IMG/VR virus record: IMGVR_UViG_3300037631_006232
Coordinates: 1-64,000 of that record
Reading direction: 5' to 3' (one strand)
Origin: a virus
Taxonomy: Duplodnaviria; Caudoviricetes
DNA: 64,000 nucleotides
Under the pieces are notes generated by a model that had not been told where the DNA came from, searched no databases, and saw only the letters and a program-made list of their open reading frames with translations. Positions 50,901-60,647 of this stretch are shown here, one piece after another (position 1 is the first letter of the stretch; every line of letters starts with the position of its first letter). Made by a program: the position numbers and the translations under genes.

Positions 50901-50990
50901 TACTGAAGCAGGCTTAGACCCCATTCCAGGTACTAGTATATTTTTATACAGAGGGCATGTTGTGCAAGATATTGGCTTTATTACACTCAT
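47934..50990 (-). CDS. polA: Family A DNA polymerase with N-terminal uracil-DNA-glycosylase-like domain and 3'-5' exonuclease
   Basis: CxxCPL..VPG.G (family 4 UDG-like); DFETT, NYKFD and YAAIDA (exonuclease); TATGRLSS..PNLQN, DFAGAEVR, R..AK...FG and VHDS (polymerase). Confidence 0.92.
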   Translation of the reverse strand: MSVIKPISCTTCPLYKNILVPGMGSKPASVVVLMDSPPPWANVPLAGRDGEMMKSLLTRAAKVDPTGLSKKLKASCFYMYSVSCASNLTSSVKLLKTCASNVGYSQILSSGASTILAFGPKALSFLGVKSLHSNVRGTVIEVTIGKKVFKVLPTFGLSKMFESVGVVEVACGDIAKAAKVAFGYPLDNIDVPSLLDNYDIVPPLTPYKPRPKDLEDAIALINEYCDYSAPGKTVANTMMSLDFETTTLFPWNSDGRVIAISACVAEGKALSLYVFHKLAPYSFSGIIPYIWKLLQSPHAKTWWNYKFDYGIAKHILVRQTKLAMACHSRLKANIEKVVGKPVEEIFANPVNNTKWDGMLAEHMLDEDKKGLYSLKKVVLEHYPSLAKYEEPLVEQLSNLTSDMETKLLSKSMSNSTGNRMVLSPLGSKDLESELEDIKETSKKLKRMNRLKSTPANQKVTISATIDMLANRAKYVKQVRSSVSKILRTEFSNLSGRSRIDPYHEKVTFEMVDPAIMIPYAAIDADLTYRLSTMQRIKAWKEDPKSKAIAEGRDFMMSLMSKHYIPLTEVLSDMQVEGVRLDREYLITQSAILKDRELLLKEDLLDRISTDLHRPRDSIVLNNPSDLANIMIAGYGMPSLKKTETGAHSCSNEVLAEWAKTNPIAQTILDYRSAAKGRATYLDNLLLLSSYDGRVHGNTNANGTATGRLSSSSPNLQNQPPTIAGVPIKKAFVPTDTRPTASEVEKQLCAKYGWSVGEELCVVDLDFAGAEVRGLTVYARDPGLLDALNKGLDMHSWIASIVFQQDYDAINTSRQKDKVVQTDSDKKLVRLRQQAKAIVFGLIFCIGPNKLSMQLGITPDEATGLMNMFFARFPKVEEYISGTKRKVKREGILRTPTGRARRFPLAFMGGSVGSSCQRQGVNYLVQGFTSEIVCRTLINLHARLPELNGRLLLTVHDSIVFEMPVTRLEELPAFLESAVRDFIKQEFPVVPVALPYDVEVGPSYGEAKYSIEAYCAKSN

Positions 50991-53900
50991 ATAGAACTGG
51001 CCATTTCCCAGTTTTGAATAACTGCGGTGACATCGAAGATAGTTACATCAGTAGAGCTAATCCCTGGTTTTAAAAGCTTTTTGAGGTTAGGGAGGTATTT
51101 AGAAACGTCTCTATATGTCCTAGAGTTTTTATAAGTACCGGCCACACCTTGAAGTCTCTTAGGGGTATCCTGCTTAAACCTATCTCCGGGTTTAAATAAG
51201 CTAGATAGAACTTCCGACCATAGCACAATAAGCACGTGCTTCGGTTTTCCATTTTTAGTGTAAGTGGCGTAAGACAAGCCACACTCTAGTTCTTGTAGTT
51301 TGTACCTCTCTGCAGGATCGCCAAGTAGAGATCTAATCGAAGTATACCTGTTAGGACTGCCTGGAGGGGTGTACTCTACTCTGGCAGAAAGAATACTCTC
51401 AAATAAGGATTCGGATTGTGTAGAGTTAGTTATGTTAGTTATTAGTTTAATCTTCTTCTTAACAACCCTTTTAATGTAGCTATGAGGGTCTAGACCTACT
51501 AGCTTTATTATAGACGAAGTTACTACTACCGAGTCTAGGAATCTAGAAGGTACTGCAGCTACTCCCGCATAAGCAGCTAAATTGTCTTTTACTGTAGCCG
51601 AGTTGTAATGAAATCTTAACTCATCGATGTACTTCCTAACTTTCTTAGCCCTAGAAAACATCCCAATAGTAAGGTTCCTTCTAAAATGTTGTAGAGTAGC
51701 GTAGCCGAATACATCTTTTAGAACTGTGTGGGGGTCGGGCTTATCCTCTACACGAATACTTTCTAATTGCATGAATCTGGAGATGTCTGCCTCTTCCCTC
51801 AAGCGATTTATAGCACAGGCCCATATCTGGCACTTAAGTACATAATTAGTAGCCTCAGGATTTTCTACGTTTCCTCTAGACACTGTGGATTGAGCGCTTG
51901 AAGTAAGAGCCCTAACATCTCTAAGTATGTCCCTAACAGCCCTGCTATGCCTATCTTGACCTTTGTCTTCGAACTCGTCTAAAGCAAGACCTAAACTACT
52001 ACGGTTGGCTGTTTTACGAGCACTTGCCGGAGTGTAGCTGGTCATTACTCCGTTAACGCATTCTAGAAGCCTGAGTCTAGGGTTCTCTCCAGCTATTAAG
52101 TCAAGAAGTTTAGATTTACCAGAACCTCGCTCTCCGTTTAATATGGTGTATAGCTGCCTGGGCAGTATGCCTGAAATGGCGTTTAACATTATAGCTGCTG
52201 CTAAGTACTGGCAATCTTCTACACCTCCTTCCATCTGCCAACCTAGGTTAATAGCACTTACTAAGAAATCATAAGTCTCCTCTACGTCTACAGCCTTACC
52301 CATATTAAGATCCTCACAAGAGTTTATCTCGGAGCTCCAAGCTGATTTGTTTATATTTAGTATGTAATCTCCGATTCTAGGACCTTCTAATAAAGACCAT
52401 TCCAACTCCTCTCCTTGGTACTTACCTAAGTAAACGGAGTTACCGTTTACCAGAACCCAGACCCCTTCCGTAGTGTCTCCTTTCTTTAGTTCTACGTAGT
52501 GTGCTCCTGATTTTAATTCTTCTAGAGAAGTAACTACAGGTATTTCTTTACATAGATTTTCCATAGCAATTTCTATGTACTTTTTCATTTTAACGTTTAG
52601 TTCTGTTAGAGTAAGAGGCTTCATAGATTTACCTACACTTTTGAAAGCAAGTGATCTAGGTATTCCAACAGAGGTCTTCAGCCAATCTACGGCATTTCCT
52701 AAATCTATAGCTAACCTGCCAAATAGCTCACTTGCGTGGGATATTCGTAAATCTCTAGGTTCTCTCTTTCTCTTATTCCATGCTTTTATAATACTCTCAG
52801 ATCTCTTAGAACTATCAATACCTACAAAGTAGAACTCTTCTTTTAAGGCTTGTATTATGCGGAGGACGAACCCTTCTTCACTATCATCCTGACCTACAAC
52901 TAGCTCTAATATAGTACCTAGAGATAATGTAACAAACTTACTCACTTCTACACAGTACATTCGCTGGTAGCTATAGTCCCGTAAGCAAGCCCCATTAGAA
53001 GCTATTATCCTCTTAATCTCAGAGATATCATCTTGAGGAATCTTTTTAACCGCTTCATAGGTCACATCAGTAAGCCACCTGTATGCGGCTGTGAAATTAT
53101 TTCTAATAGTGATATTGCCTACTAAGGAATTTCTAGTTATGCACTCTAGCCAAGTTTGCCACCCATACTTAGCAATAGCTTCCGCAGGGTCCTTAGCTTT
53201 AATTTCATCAGGCCAGTCGAATACAGCACAAGTTAGGTTAGTCCTACTTAAAATAGCTTTAGCTATAGTTATACCACCATGCTCTGGGTGATCTGCCAGT
53301 ATGAAAACCTTTCTAATATTACAGGTGTCTTGTAATACATTAGCTGACGTACTAGCGGAACCTCCTACTCCCAGTACTACATCGTAAGTAATCCCTTTAG
53401 CATAGTTTGCTAAATGTGCTAAAGCATCAAACTCCCCCTCTACTAATATAGCTGTCCTAGTATCTTTGCTAGAACCTAGTAAACCATGATAATTGGCTAA
53501 GCCAAAGAACCCCATAACAGGTTCACTATCATCGCTTATAAACATTTCACTTTTACCTTCAGAATTAGGTCTCATAAAGTCAGTCCTGACTTTAAATCTA
53601 CTAAACTCTGTAGGGTTTTTATGGTAGAAAAATACTAGTCCACCTATATTTTCGGGCCGCAAAACAGGTTCTGCGAATAAGTATACTTCCTTAGCTAATT
53701 TACCTGCGTACTTGTTCATAACTACCTGAGGGGCTAGAACTCCGATAGGTAAAGAAGGTATGACCTCTCTAGAAATACCTCTAGATTCTAGGTAAGTTAT
53801 GCACTGCCTAGCGTACATATATTCTTGACTCTTATTAGTAGTGTCTTGTGTAGCGGCTACCAGTATATTATGGGTAGCGTGTGCGAAGGCATTTTTTATC

Positions 53901-54259
53901 TCATTACGAGTTTCTGAGTCTCGCAGGGTTTTTCGTAGGGTTTTAGGCAGGCTTTTAGCACCATTATTATTTAGTATTATAGCGGCTTCTGACCACGATA
54001 TATTTCCTACTGTAGCCACGAATTTAAGCGGGTTAACTTCGTATTGCCCACAACTAAAACATTTTACAACTCCTTTTGCAGGAGTAACGTGGCAGCTAGG
54101 GCGTGAATCTACGTGACCTGGGAAAGGGCAATGGCCTTTTAAACTATTACCTTTCATTTCCCAAGAGCCCTTACCTAGTTCAGCGAGAATATCTCGCCAT
54201 TTTGCAAGAGGTATATCCTCCCATATATCTCTGTAGGAAATCTTAGGCATTTTTTGCAT
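50987..54259 (-). CDS. DNA primase-helicase
   Basis: CPF..H.D..PS..CFSC zinc finger; VEGEFDAL TOPRIM; KDP; GERGSGKS and LDEFE. Confidence 0.85.
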   Translation of the reverse strand: MQKMPKISYRDIWEDIPLAKWRDILAELGKGSWEMKGNSLKGHCPFPGHVDSRPSCHVTPAKGVVKCFSCGQYEVNPLKFVATVGNISWSEAAIILNNNGAKSLPKTLRKTLRDSETRNEIKNAFAHATHNILVAATQDTTNKSQEYMYARQCITYLESRGISREVIPSLPIGVLAPQVVMNKYAGKLAKEVYLFAEPVLRPENIGGLVFFYHKNPTEFSRFKVRTDFMRPNSEGKSEMFISDDSEPVMGFFGLANYHGLLGSSKDTRTAILVEGEFDALAHLANYAKGITYDVVLGVGGSASTSANVLQDTCNIRKVFILADHPEHGGITIAKAILSRTNLTCAVFDWPDEIKAKDPAEAIAKYGWQTWLECITRNSLVGNITIRNNFTAAYRWLTDVTYEAVKKIPQDDISEIKRIIASNGACLRDYSYQRMYCVEVSKFVTLSLGTILELVVGQDDSEEGFVLRIIQALKEEFYFVGIDSSKRSESIIKAWNKRKREPRDLRISHASELFGRLAIDLGNAVDWLKTSVGIPRSLAFKSVGKSMKPLTLTELNVKMKKYIEIAMENLCKEIPVVTSLEELKSGAHYVELKKGDTTEGVWVLVNGNSVYLGKYQGEELEWSLLEGPRIGDYILNINKSAWSSEINSCEDLNMGKAVDVEETYDFLVSAINLGWQMEGGVEDCQYLAAAIMLNAISGILPRQLYTILNGERGSGKSKLLDLIAGENPRLRLLECVNGVMTSYTPASARKTANRSSLGLALDEFEDKGQDRHSRAVRDILRDVRALTSSAQSTVSRGNVENPEATNYVLKCQIWACAINRLREEADISRFMQLESIRVEDKPDPHTVLKDVFGYATLQHFRRNLTIGMFSRAKKVRKYIDELRFHYNSATVKDNLAAYAGVAAVPSRFLDSVVVTSSIIKLVGLDPHSYIKRVVKKKIKLITNITNSTQSESLFESILSARVEYTPPGSPNRYTSIRSLLGDPAERYKLQELECGLSYATYTKNGKPKHVLIVLWSEVLSSLFKPGDRFKQDTPKRLQGVAGTYKNSRTYRDVSKYLPNLKKLLKPGISSTDVTIFDVTAVIQNWEMASSI

Positions 54260-54264
54260 TAGCT

Positions 54265-55056
54265 CTAATTTTCTTTCTCGCAGATGTTCTTAAACTTGCA
54301 CCAAGAACAATGCCTTCCTTTCGACTTAGTAACTTCGTCTCTAAGTGTATCAGCCAAAGCATTTACCTGCAGCATAACTGGGTTATCGGGCGTTAGATCA
54401 GCTTTGGTTATCTTTCTAGGATACCATTCTAGTTCTCCTGAAGTGGTAGAATAGATGGCAGGTTGCACAGATACTATATCATACTGAGCATGAAGTAGAA
54501 TACCATAGCTTTCTAACTGGATTTTGTAAGAATCTATACTCTTACATTTGCCTGTTTTTAAGTCAATAGCAATAGCGTGCTTTGCACCATTTTTTTCTAC
54601 TATTATTACTCTGTCTACAACACCTCTAAGTATTGAATTTCTATCCCAAAAATCAGTTTTTCGTAAAGTAGGTAGGACGCCTAAACGCAACTCAGAGGCG
54701 TCTGAAATAACATTGTTCTTATTTTTAAACGAGAGTAATCTCTCTTCAAACGAGTCTACTTTTTTAACTAAAGTTTTAATTTTTAGTTTATTAGTTCTAG
54801 TTTTAGGTATTTCACCAAAAGCATATGTTTGAGCAGAAAATTTCTCTTGCTGAGATTGTAGTAATTCTGCGTACTTATGCGTAGCAGAACCTAGTACTAA
54901 CGCAGTATTATCCTCTACTACTTTAAGTTCTTCAGGTATGTAAGGCTTGTCTACGTATTGCCATACAAATTTTTGAGAGCAACTTTCTAGTACGCCCATC
55001 TTACTAGGGCTCCAAGGTCCAAACTCCTTAGCTAGTGAGCTAAAAAAAACAGGCAT
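54265..55056 (-). CDS. PD-(D/E)XK nuclease (Cas4/AddB-like)
   Basis: SPS......C, G...H, G.VD, IDLKTG, Q...Y and C-terminal CxxC-x5-C. Confidence 0.85.
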   Translation of the reverse strand: MPVFFSSLAKEFGPWSPSKMGVLESCSQKFVWQYVDKPYIPEELKVVEDNTALVLGSATHKYAELLQSQQEKFSAQTYAFGEIPKTRTNKLKIKTLVKKVDSFEERLLSFKNKNNVISDASELRLGVLPTLRKTDFWDRNSILRGVVDRVIIVEKNGAKHAIAIDLKTGKCKSIDSYKIQLESYGILLHAQYDIVSVQPAIYSTTSGELEWYPRKITKADLTPDNPVMLQVNALADTLRDEVTKSKGRHCSWCKFKNICEKEN

Positions 55057-55108
55057 AACCTGCCTCCTTTCTTTTTAAGGTTTAATTCTAGCTGAGTAGG
55101 GTTATAGC

Positions 55109-55669
55109 TTAGACGTCGAAGTCTGGTAGATCTTCTACTTCTACCTCTACCTCTTCTTTAGCACTACTAGTGGCTGTGTCTACTACTGTAGTGCTTGCCG
55201 CAGAGGCTTCAATCTCAAAATCTTCCGGTTTAGCATAGCTGAAAGATACATAGTCTTTACCGTTTTTAGAAGTTTGATTAGTGGCGATTACTTTTAAGTA
55301 ACTACCTACTAACGAGGACTCAGGTCCTCCTGTTAGAGCGGCCTCTAGTTGGCTACCATCAGGAGCTGCGATGCCGATACAAGCATTAATCATAGCTTTA
55401 AGAAGCCCTAAATTCTGATTTATTCTCCATTGCAGATCATTAGAGATTGCAAATATCTGCTTTACATACTCTCCCTGTACATGGGCCCCAGTAGAGGAAA
55501 TGATCTTAGATTCAATTATACAAATTTCCTTACCTGCTTGAGTCTCTCTAGTTACTACACCTTCTATTAGTACTACATGGTTACCTGTTTTTAGGTATTC
55601 ACGTTCAATTCTTTTCATCTCTACTTGGTCCATTTTACTGGACAGGTTTTCAAAATTAGGCATTTGCAA
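55109..55669 (-). CDS. Probable single-stranded DNA-binding protein
   Basis: OB-like core with acidic tail ending EDLPDFDV, in the replication cluster. Confidence 0.6.
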   Translation of the reverse strand: MQMPNFENLSSKMDQVEMKRIEREYLKTGNHVVLIEGVVTRETQAGKEICIIESKIISSTGAHVQGEYVKQIFAISNDLQWRINQNLGLLKAMINACIGIAAPDGSQLEAALTGGPESSLVGSYLKVIATNQTSKNGKDYVSFSYAKPEDFEIEASAASTTVVDTATSSAKEEVEVEVEDLPDFDV

Positions 55670-55683
55670 TTTCCCTTTCGTTA

Positions 55684-56175
55684 TTAGCAGTTAGCAGTTT
55701 GCCGTTTATCTAGTTCACTAGTAAATTCCTTACTAGGTATTGTAGGACTAACAGAGAAGTCTATCTTAGTCAAGCTCTTAATACTTGCTGTAATAATTCT
55801 TTTTGACCCTCGGTTTTTTTTGGTCTGGATACTTTCCAGAACCCTAGCTAGAGCCTCTATCTGAGGCACTAATTCATTGCGTAGTTCCATTGTATATAGT
55901 TGTACAGGACTATCTGGTAACGTAAATAACAAGGTATAGTTGTCTTCACAGTGATTTAATTCGCCTCGAAGAAAATTGAACTTGCAGTCTAAGCAGTTAC
56001 CGTGCATGCTACCAACCTGTAGGTCCTTGGAGTAGCATCCACTATCTAGATGGGACCTATTCCTAGTTATGTCTAGTATGACAAGGCTAATCTCCTTTCC
56101 GAGATACTTACTGTCTTGGTAGAATCCCAAACTCCTTGAAAGAGGTTGAGCAATGGATAGTGATTTTATAGACAT
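55684..56175 (-). CDS. Hypothetical protein (Cys cluster)
   Basis: C..CxxC..C pattern; start uncertain. Confidence 0.45.
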   Translation of the reverse strand: MSIKSLSIAQPLSRSLGFYQDSKYLGKEISLVILDITRNRSHLDSGCYSKDLQVGSMHGNCLDCKFNFLRGELNHCEDNYTLLFTLPDSPVQLYTMELRNELVPQIEALARVLESIQTKKNRGSKRIITASIKSLTKIDFSVSPTIPSKEFTSELDKRQTANC

Positions 56176-56821
56176 CTATTATAATGATCTTTCTCGAGTT
56201 ACTATACTCGATAAAGTGGAAGAGAAGAAATTACTACTTGCGTATAATGAGCCTAGCACCTCCGAGGAGGTAAAGCACTCTATAAAATGTAAAGTAATTG
56301 AATCTAACCTTAGACTTGTATTTGGTATGGCTAAAGGTATGTGGGATAAGAAAGATCCTGATAAACTTCAGGAGCTTATCGCCAACGGTAACCTAGGTCT
56401 AATACAAGCCTTGGGTAAGTTTGATCCTTCCTACGGGGTTAGATTCTGTACTTACGCAGGACATTGGGTATTGATGAGCATGCGCAAAACATTCCTGTCT
56501 GTAGTAAAAACCCCTTTAGACCGTTCACAGCCAGTATACGAAGAAGAATCCTATGCTCCTGAAGAACCTTATCTAGTTGATTATGATCAGGGGATACAAG
56601 AATTACAAAGAACCGCTTACATAAACTTATGGCTAAGATTTCTTAGCGACAGGGAACGGTTCATTATTAGAGAAAGTTTTCTAAGGCCCGATCATACAAC
56701 TCGCAGTCTAAGGGAGATGGCTCAGGATTTAAAACTATCTTCTGAGAGGGTTAGGCAACTAAAAGCTACAGCTATAGCAAAGCTTAGTCTGTGGTTGAGT
56801 TACCATTACTCAGAGTCTTAA
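56153..56821 (+). CDS. RNA polymerase sigma-70 family factor (group 1/2- or RpoH-like motifs)
   Basis: NLRLV...AK, ELI..GNLGL..A..KFDP..G.RF.TYA..W and SLRE.A..L.LS.ERVRQ. Confidence 0.9.
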   Translation: MDSDFIDIYYNDLSRVTILDKVEEKKLLLAYNEPSTSEEVKHSIKCKVIESNLRLVFGMAKGMWDKKDPDKLQELIANGNLGLIQALGKFDPSYGVRFCTYAGHWVLMSMRKTFLSVVKTPLDRSQPVYEEESYAPEEPYLVDYDQGIQELQRTAYINLWLRFLSDRERFIIRESFLRPDHTTRSLREMAQDLKLSSERVRQLKATAIAKLSLWLSYHYSES

Positions 56822-57948
56822 GACTCTGATTGCCCTAGGATGATATCTTCTAAGCTGTTATTATCGTCTGGAGTGATAACCCATTGGAGTACTTTGATGG
56901 CTACTCCAAGATCCATGCTGGCGTTTATAGAGAGATCATCATCCTCGTCAGCTCCTAACGCCACTCTAGTGGTCGAGATATCTGAGATTACCTCTAATAT
57001 AGCCTCAGCGCTGCGCACTGGTTTCCTAATTACTTTAGGTTTTGCTGTAGCTGTAGCGGCAGTAGGAGTCTTAGGCGTCCGTTTTTTGCGGTCCTGAGCT
57101 TTTATACCCTCTCCTCCTGCGTCTACTGATTCTTGATGTTTAGCATCAATGATCTCTTTTACTTCGCTGGTAGAAGGCTTAGCCTCTTCGTCTCTACCTT
57201 TGGCCACTTCTAGAATCTCTGCACGAGCAGAAGAATCCTTCACATTAGATAATAGCTTCCCAACTGAGAATCCTATTTCCTGGTTATCCACAGCGGCGAT
57301 AACCTCAGGCATCTCGTCTTCTTTAGACAGTAGGGCTAGGCGAGCGTTGATAGTGTTCTCCGCTAGGCCGAATTGCTTACACAATTCAGACATAGGGGTC
57401 CCACCCTCTAGTTGAGCCTGGATCTGTCTAGCCATCTCAATAGGAGACCAGTTCAATCGTTGGGTGTTACGGATGAGAGCATCCTGACCCATTTCTAGCA
57501 TTACTTGCTTACGCACATACTCTCGGCATTGCTCTTGTAGTTCATCACTAGCGTCTGCGTTAAGCGAATGCCAGTCGCCGAAGATATCTTCTACGATGTT
57601 CATTACACTAGGACGTACTTCGCACTTGAGCTTAGATAGAGCCTTGCCGTTAGCTGTCGCTGTTTCGCCTTCTGCGATTAGTAGGGAAACAATGTAGCAC
57701 CGACGGTTACCTTCTAGAACTCTATAGTTTTCACCGTCATCAGTTTCCATGACGATGGGAGATTCTAGCACGCCCTTACTAAGCACGCTCTGCCTCATAC
57801 TTGAGATTTGAGCGTCATCTCCATAGTACTCTCTAGACTGAAGAATATCAGTGTCTCCAGGAGATTTGAAGATAAGTTTGGAGAAATCAATTAGCTTATA
57901 GCTGGATCTAACAGCCGAGCTGTCGACCGTTGGGAAGTTATCTTGCAT
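56818..57948 (-). CDS. ParB/Srx-like protein with HTH
   Basis: S....GVL..P.V...Y.V.EG.RR, N.QR.N.SPIE.A and HTH; GAGG SD before 57948. Confidence 0.8.
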   Translation of the reverse strand: MQDNFPTVDSSAVRSSYKLIDFSKLIFKSPGDTDILQSREYYGDDAQISSMRQSVLSKGVLESPIVMETDDGENYRVLEGNRRCYIVSLLIAEGETATANGKALSKLKCEVRPSVMNIVEDIFGDWHSLNADASDELQEQCREYVRKQVMLEMGQDALIRNTQRLNWSPIEMARQIQAQLEGGTPMSELCKQFGLAENTINARLALLSKEDEMPEVIAAVDNQEIGFSVGKLLSNVKDSSARAEILEVAKGRDEEAKPSTSEVKEIIDAKHQESVDAGGEGIKAQDRKKRTPKTPTAATATAKPKVIRKPVRSAEAILEVISDISTTRVALGADEDDDLSINASMDLGVAIKVLQWVITPDDNNSLEDIILGQSES

Positions 57949-58693
57949 GTTTACCTCTGCATTTATCAAAGTGTGCGCACCACTTAGTGGTGCACAGCCA
58001 AGAGTCTGGACTAGTCATAGGGAAATTGCCTCTACTTATGTTAGTAGCGACCTCTCCTATTAAGTCCGTAAAATAATCTAGCTCGCTTTTAGCGAACGAA
58101 TATCTAGCTATTCCTACCTTAGGTATTTTGGTTTTACACACGGTGTCGAACCTAACATCCGGAATATTTTCTACTATAGCGTACATAGCTAACTGTACGC
58201 TGTTTCTACAGTCGGCTTCAGACTTGGATCTCTTAGCAACTTTTAAATCGCAGATCTCCATCTTACCCGTACTATTATCTAGGTAGTCCACATACCCTCT
58301 AACAGGTACATCTCCAACTAAACTATCAAACCCAAACTCGGATTTTACCGGCATAATGGAGTTACCTACTCCCTTATACCAGGTTTTATACAGAATTTGT
58401 GAATAAGTAGTCCAGTAATCTATATCCTCGCCTTCATAGTCACATCCTACTAACATCTCCGATAGAGACTCGTGTTTAAGTATTTCGGACTCTTCCATAA
58501 ATACTCCATCTATCTGGGATTGCAGGTTTAACTCTACCATCTTATGTACGGTAGAACCTATTCCCAAAGCCACTGCTCTTGGTCTCTCAGGCCTCTGGTT
58601 TAGTACGTACTCTAGTTCGTACTGTTTTGGGCAATTTAAGTATTTTGTAACTTGGCTAGCTGATAAGTAGTTTCTAGGTAAGTCGTAACCCAT
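57938..58693 (-). CDS. PD-(D/E)XK nuclease (Cas4/AddB-like)
   Basis: SAS....Y..CP, G...H, G.VD, DLK, QL..Y and C-terminal Cys motif. Confidence 0.85.
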   Translation of the reverse strand: MGYDLPRNYLSASQVTKYLNCPKQYELEYVLNQRPERPRAVALGIGSTVHKMVELNLQSQIDGVFMEESEILKHESLSEMLVGCDYEGEDIDYWTTYSQILYKTWYKGVGNSIMPVKSEFGFDSLVGDVPVRGYVDYLDNSTGKMEICDLKVAKRSKSEADCRNSVQLAMYAIVENIPDVRFDTVCKTKIPKVGIARYSFAKSELDYFTDLIGEVATNISRGNFPMTSPDSWLCTTKWCAHFDKCRGKHAR

Positions 58694-58702
58694 GGGGCCT
58701 CC

Positions 58703-60580
58703 TTAAATTCTACACACATTAAGTGCAGTTTTTGAAATATCACTATTACTCACCACACATCCGGTGTCAAAAGGTTTTATGTTTTTATCTAGGCAATCTA
58801 ATACATGTGGACACGTTACACACTCTATTTGTTTACTCATAAGAGTGCTTACGTTTATCTTGCTATCTAGCAGTCGCATTATGTTATGGTTAACGCTATT
58901 CCTCATAACCACTACTTGTACAAGTAGTTTTTTAAACCCCTTAGCACGAATACCATAGTTACGATCTAGGCTTTGTAACCAGTGATCTAGAGACCAGCTA
59001 ACTTCAGCGTATATCATAGTAGGGGCTTTAAAAGTAACTCCTATACCCATAGATATTTGCGCTACTATTATAGCACTATCGCAAGTATTGAAATCCTCTT
59101 CTACCTCTGAATGGTTTTTAGTAGTAGAATCGTAGCGCAAAGTTTTACCTAACTTAGAGCATTTATTAAATAATTCCTGTATAACCCATTGATGTTTACC
59201 CCACACGATAATCTTTTTAGTTCCTGACGCTAAGTGCGATTGCACTAACTCAAGTACAGCGTCTAGGACAACAGTATTACCTACTTCACCGATTAATCGC
59301 CCAGGGTCTTTAGAAACAACAGAACAGGCTGTTGTGTAAGGCTGGATACCTGCGTCCACACATTGCTGAACTAACGGGCAGGTGTCACATATCTTAGGGT
59401 CTTTCTGAGACTTGTAGCAGAATCCCATACTTAACTGAGCTAACCTAGTCATTGCTGTTAAATGGTTATCAGGAACTTCTAGCGAAACAGCCCCTACCTC
59501 TATACTACTCAAAGCCACAGTAGCGTTATACAGCTTTCTAGCTTTAGAGTCGGGGCTAATTTCTATTACTTGTATAGTCCTATCGGGTAGATCTAGGCAC
59601 TCTTCAGCTGTTTTACGAATACTCATCGAAGTTACTAGCTCGTTAACCTCATCTATATTTTTCCAACCTGTTATAATGTGCTTATTAAAAGCGCTACGTA
59701 TAGCATGCCTATTTTGAAACTGCCAAGACCCAGGTACCACGAAGTCGCCCAAAGCTTTTAGCTGCCCCCACAGGTGCATCGGAGAGCCTAGCGAAGGAGT
59801 GCCACTCAGTAGTACCCTACGAGTAACAGGCTTAGCCTCTACTAGCTCTAAAACCCCCTTAGTACGTCCTGATCTAGGAGATCTTAAGGAGTGAGATTCG
59901 TCTAGTATTACGTCCGTGTAAGGTACTATTTGCTTAAGCAAGTCCTTAGCTACTCTACAAGTGTCGTAGGTTACTACGATACCACAGGTTTTAGAATCTT
60001 CTAAAGCAGCTAGAATCTTCTTTCTCCTAGTTTTACCTGTAACAACTATAGGCTCTAAGTTCCATTCTCCTTGGGAGTGGAACTGCATTTCTTTCTTCCA
60101 GGTAAACTGATTTACCTTTAAGGCTACTATTAGCCAAAAAGATCTAGGTCGTTGCTTTTTAGTATACATTATTAAATCACAGCCTATTTTAGTTTTTCCT
60201 AGTCCTGGATCTAAGAACAGGCCTAACCTCGGCATGTGTATAGCTAAGGAAAGGCTCTCTACTTGGTGATCATAGGGTTTTATTTTAGGTACAAAAGTAT
60301 CCGTATCCCCTTCTTGGATGCGGTCTACAGATTCTTTGAGTTCCTGCTCTAGTTCGATAACTTTTTTGCTAAGTTCGAAATTAGCTATGTTAGCGTACTC
60401 TCTAATATCTTCTAGTACATATAGTCCAAAAGGTAGGTAGCCGGGAGCAAACCAAATGTTTTTCTTGGAATGCTTGCTCATACCGTATACACTCCTGAGA
60501 ACTGCTACCTCAGCAGGCTTTACGTCAGTAATATATATGACTGGTAATCCCGAACTAGCTAATGTTGTGTTAACCTTCAT
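58703..60580 (-). CDS. SNF2-family helicase
   Basis: PY.HQ, DPGLGKT, DESH, LSGTP and Q..DR motifs. Confidence 0.88.
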   Translation of the reverse strand: MKVNTTLASSGLPVIYITDVKPAEVAVLRSVYGMSKHSKKNIWFAPGYLPFGLYVLEDIREYANIANFELSKKVIELEQELKESVDRIQEGDTDTFVPKIKPYDHQVESLSLAIHMPRLGLFLDPGLGKTKIGCDLIMYTKKQRPRSFWLIVALKVNQFTWKKEMQFHSQGEWNLEPIVVTGKTRRKKILAALEDSKTCGIVVTYDTCRVAKDLLKQIVPYTDVILDESHSLRSPRSGRTKGVLELVEAKPVTRRVLLSGTPSLGSPMHLWGQLKALGDFVVPGSWQFQNRHAIRSAFNKHIITGWKNIDEVNELVTSMSIRKTAEECLDLPDRTIQVIEISPDSKARKLYNATVALSSIEVGAVSLEVPDNHLTAMTRLAQLSMGFCYKSQKDPKICDTCPLVQQCVDAGIQPYTTACSVVSKDPGRLIGEVGNTVVLDAVLELVQSHLASGTKKIIVWGKHQWVIQELFNKCSKLGKTLRYDSTTKNHSEVEEDFNTCDSAIIVAQISMGIGVTFKAPTMIYAEVSWSLDHWLQSLDRNYGIRAKGFKKLLVQVVVMRNSVNHNIMRLLDSKINVSTLMSKQIECVTCPHVLDCLDKNIKPFDTGCVVSNSDISKTALNVCRI

Positions 60581-60619
60581 TTTACCTCCAAGGTTTAAGA
60601 CAAGGATGCCAGGTGCGTA

Positions 60620-60631
60620 TACTTATACCAT
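60620..60631 (-). promoter_or_regulatory. Putative extended -10 phage promoter motif ATGGTATAAGTA
   Basis: 40 nt upstream of the SNF2 start; identical to 47919-47930. Confidence 0.6.
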
Positions 60632-60647
60632 ATAACCTTTAATTTTT

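Noticed and set aside
54265-58693. Cas4 genes as part of a CRISPR system
   Set aside because: Stand-alone PD-(D/E)XK nucleases in a replication cluster are common in phages; no cas1 or repeats are present
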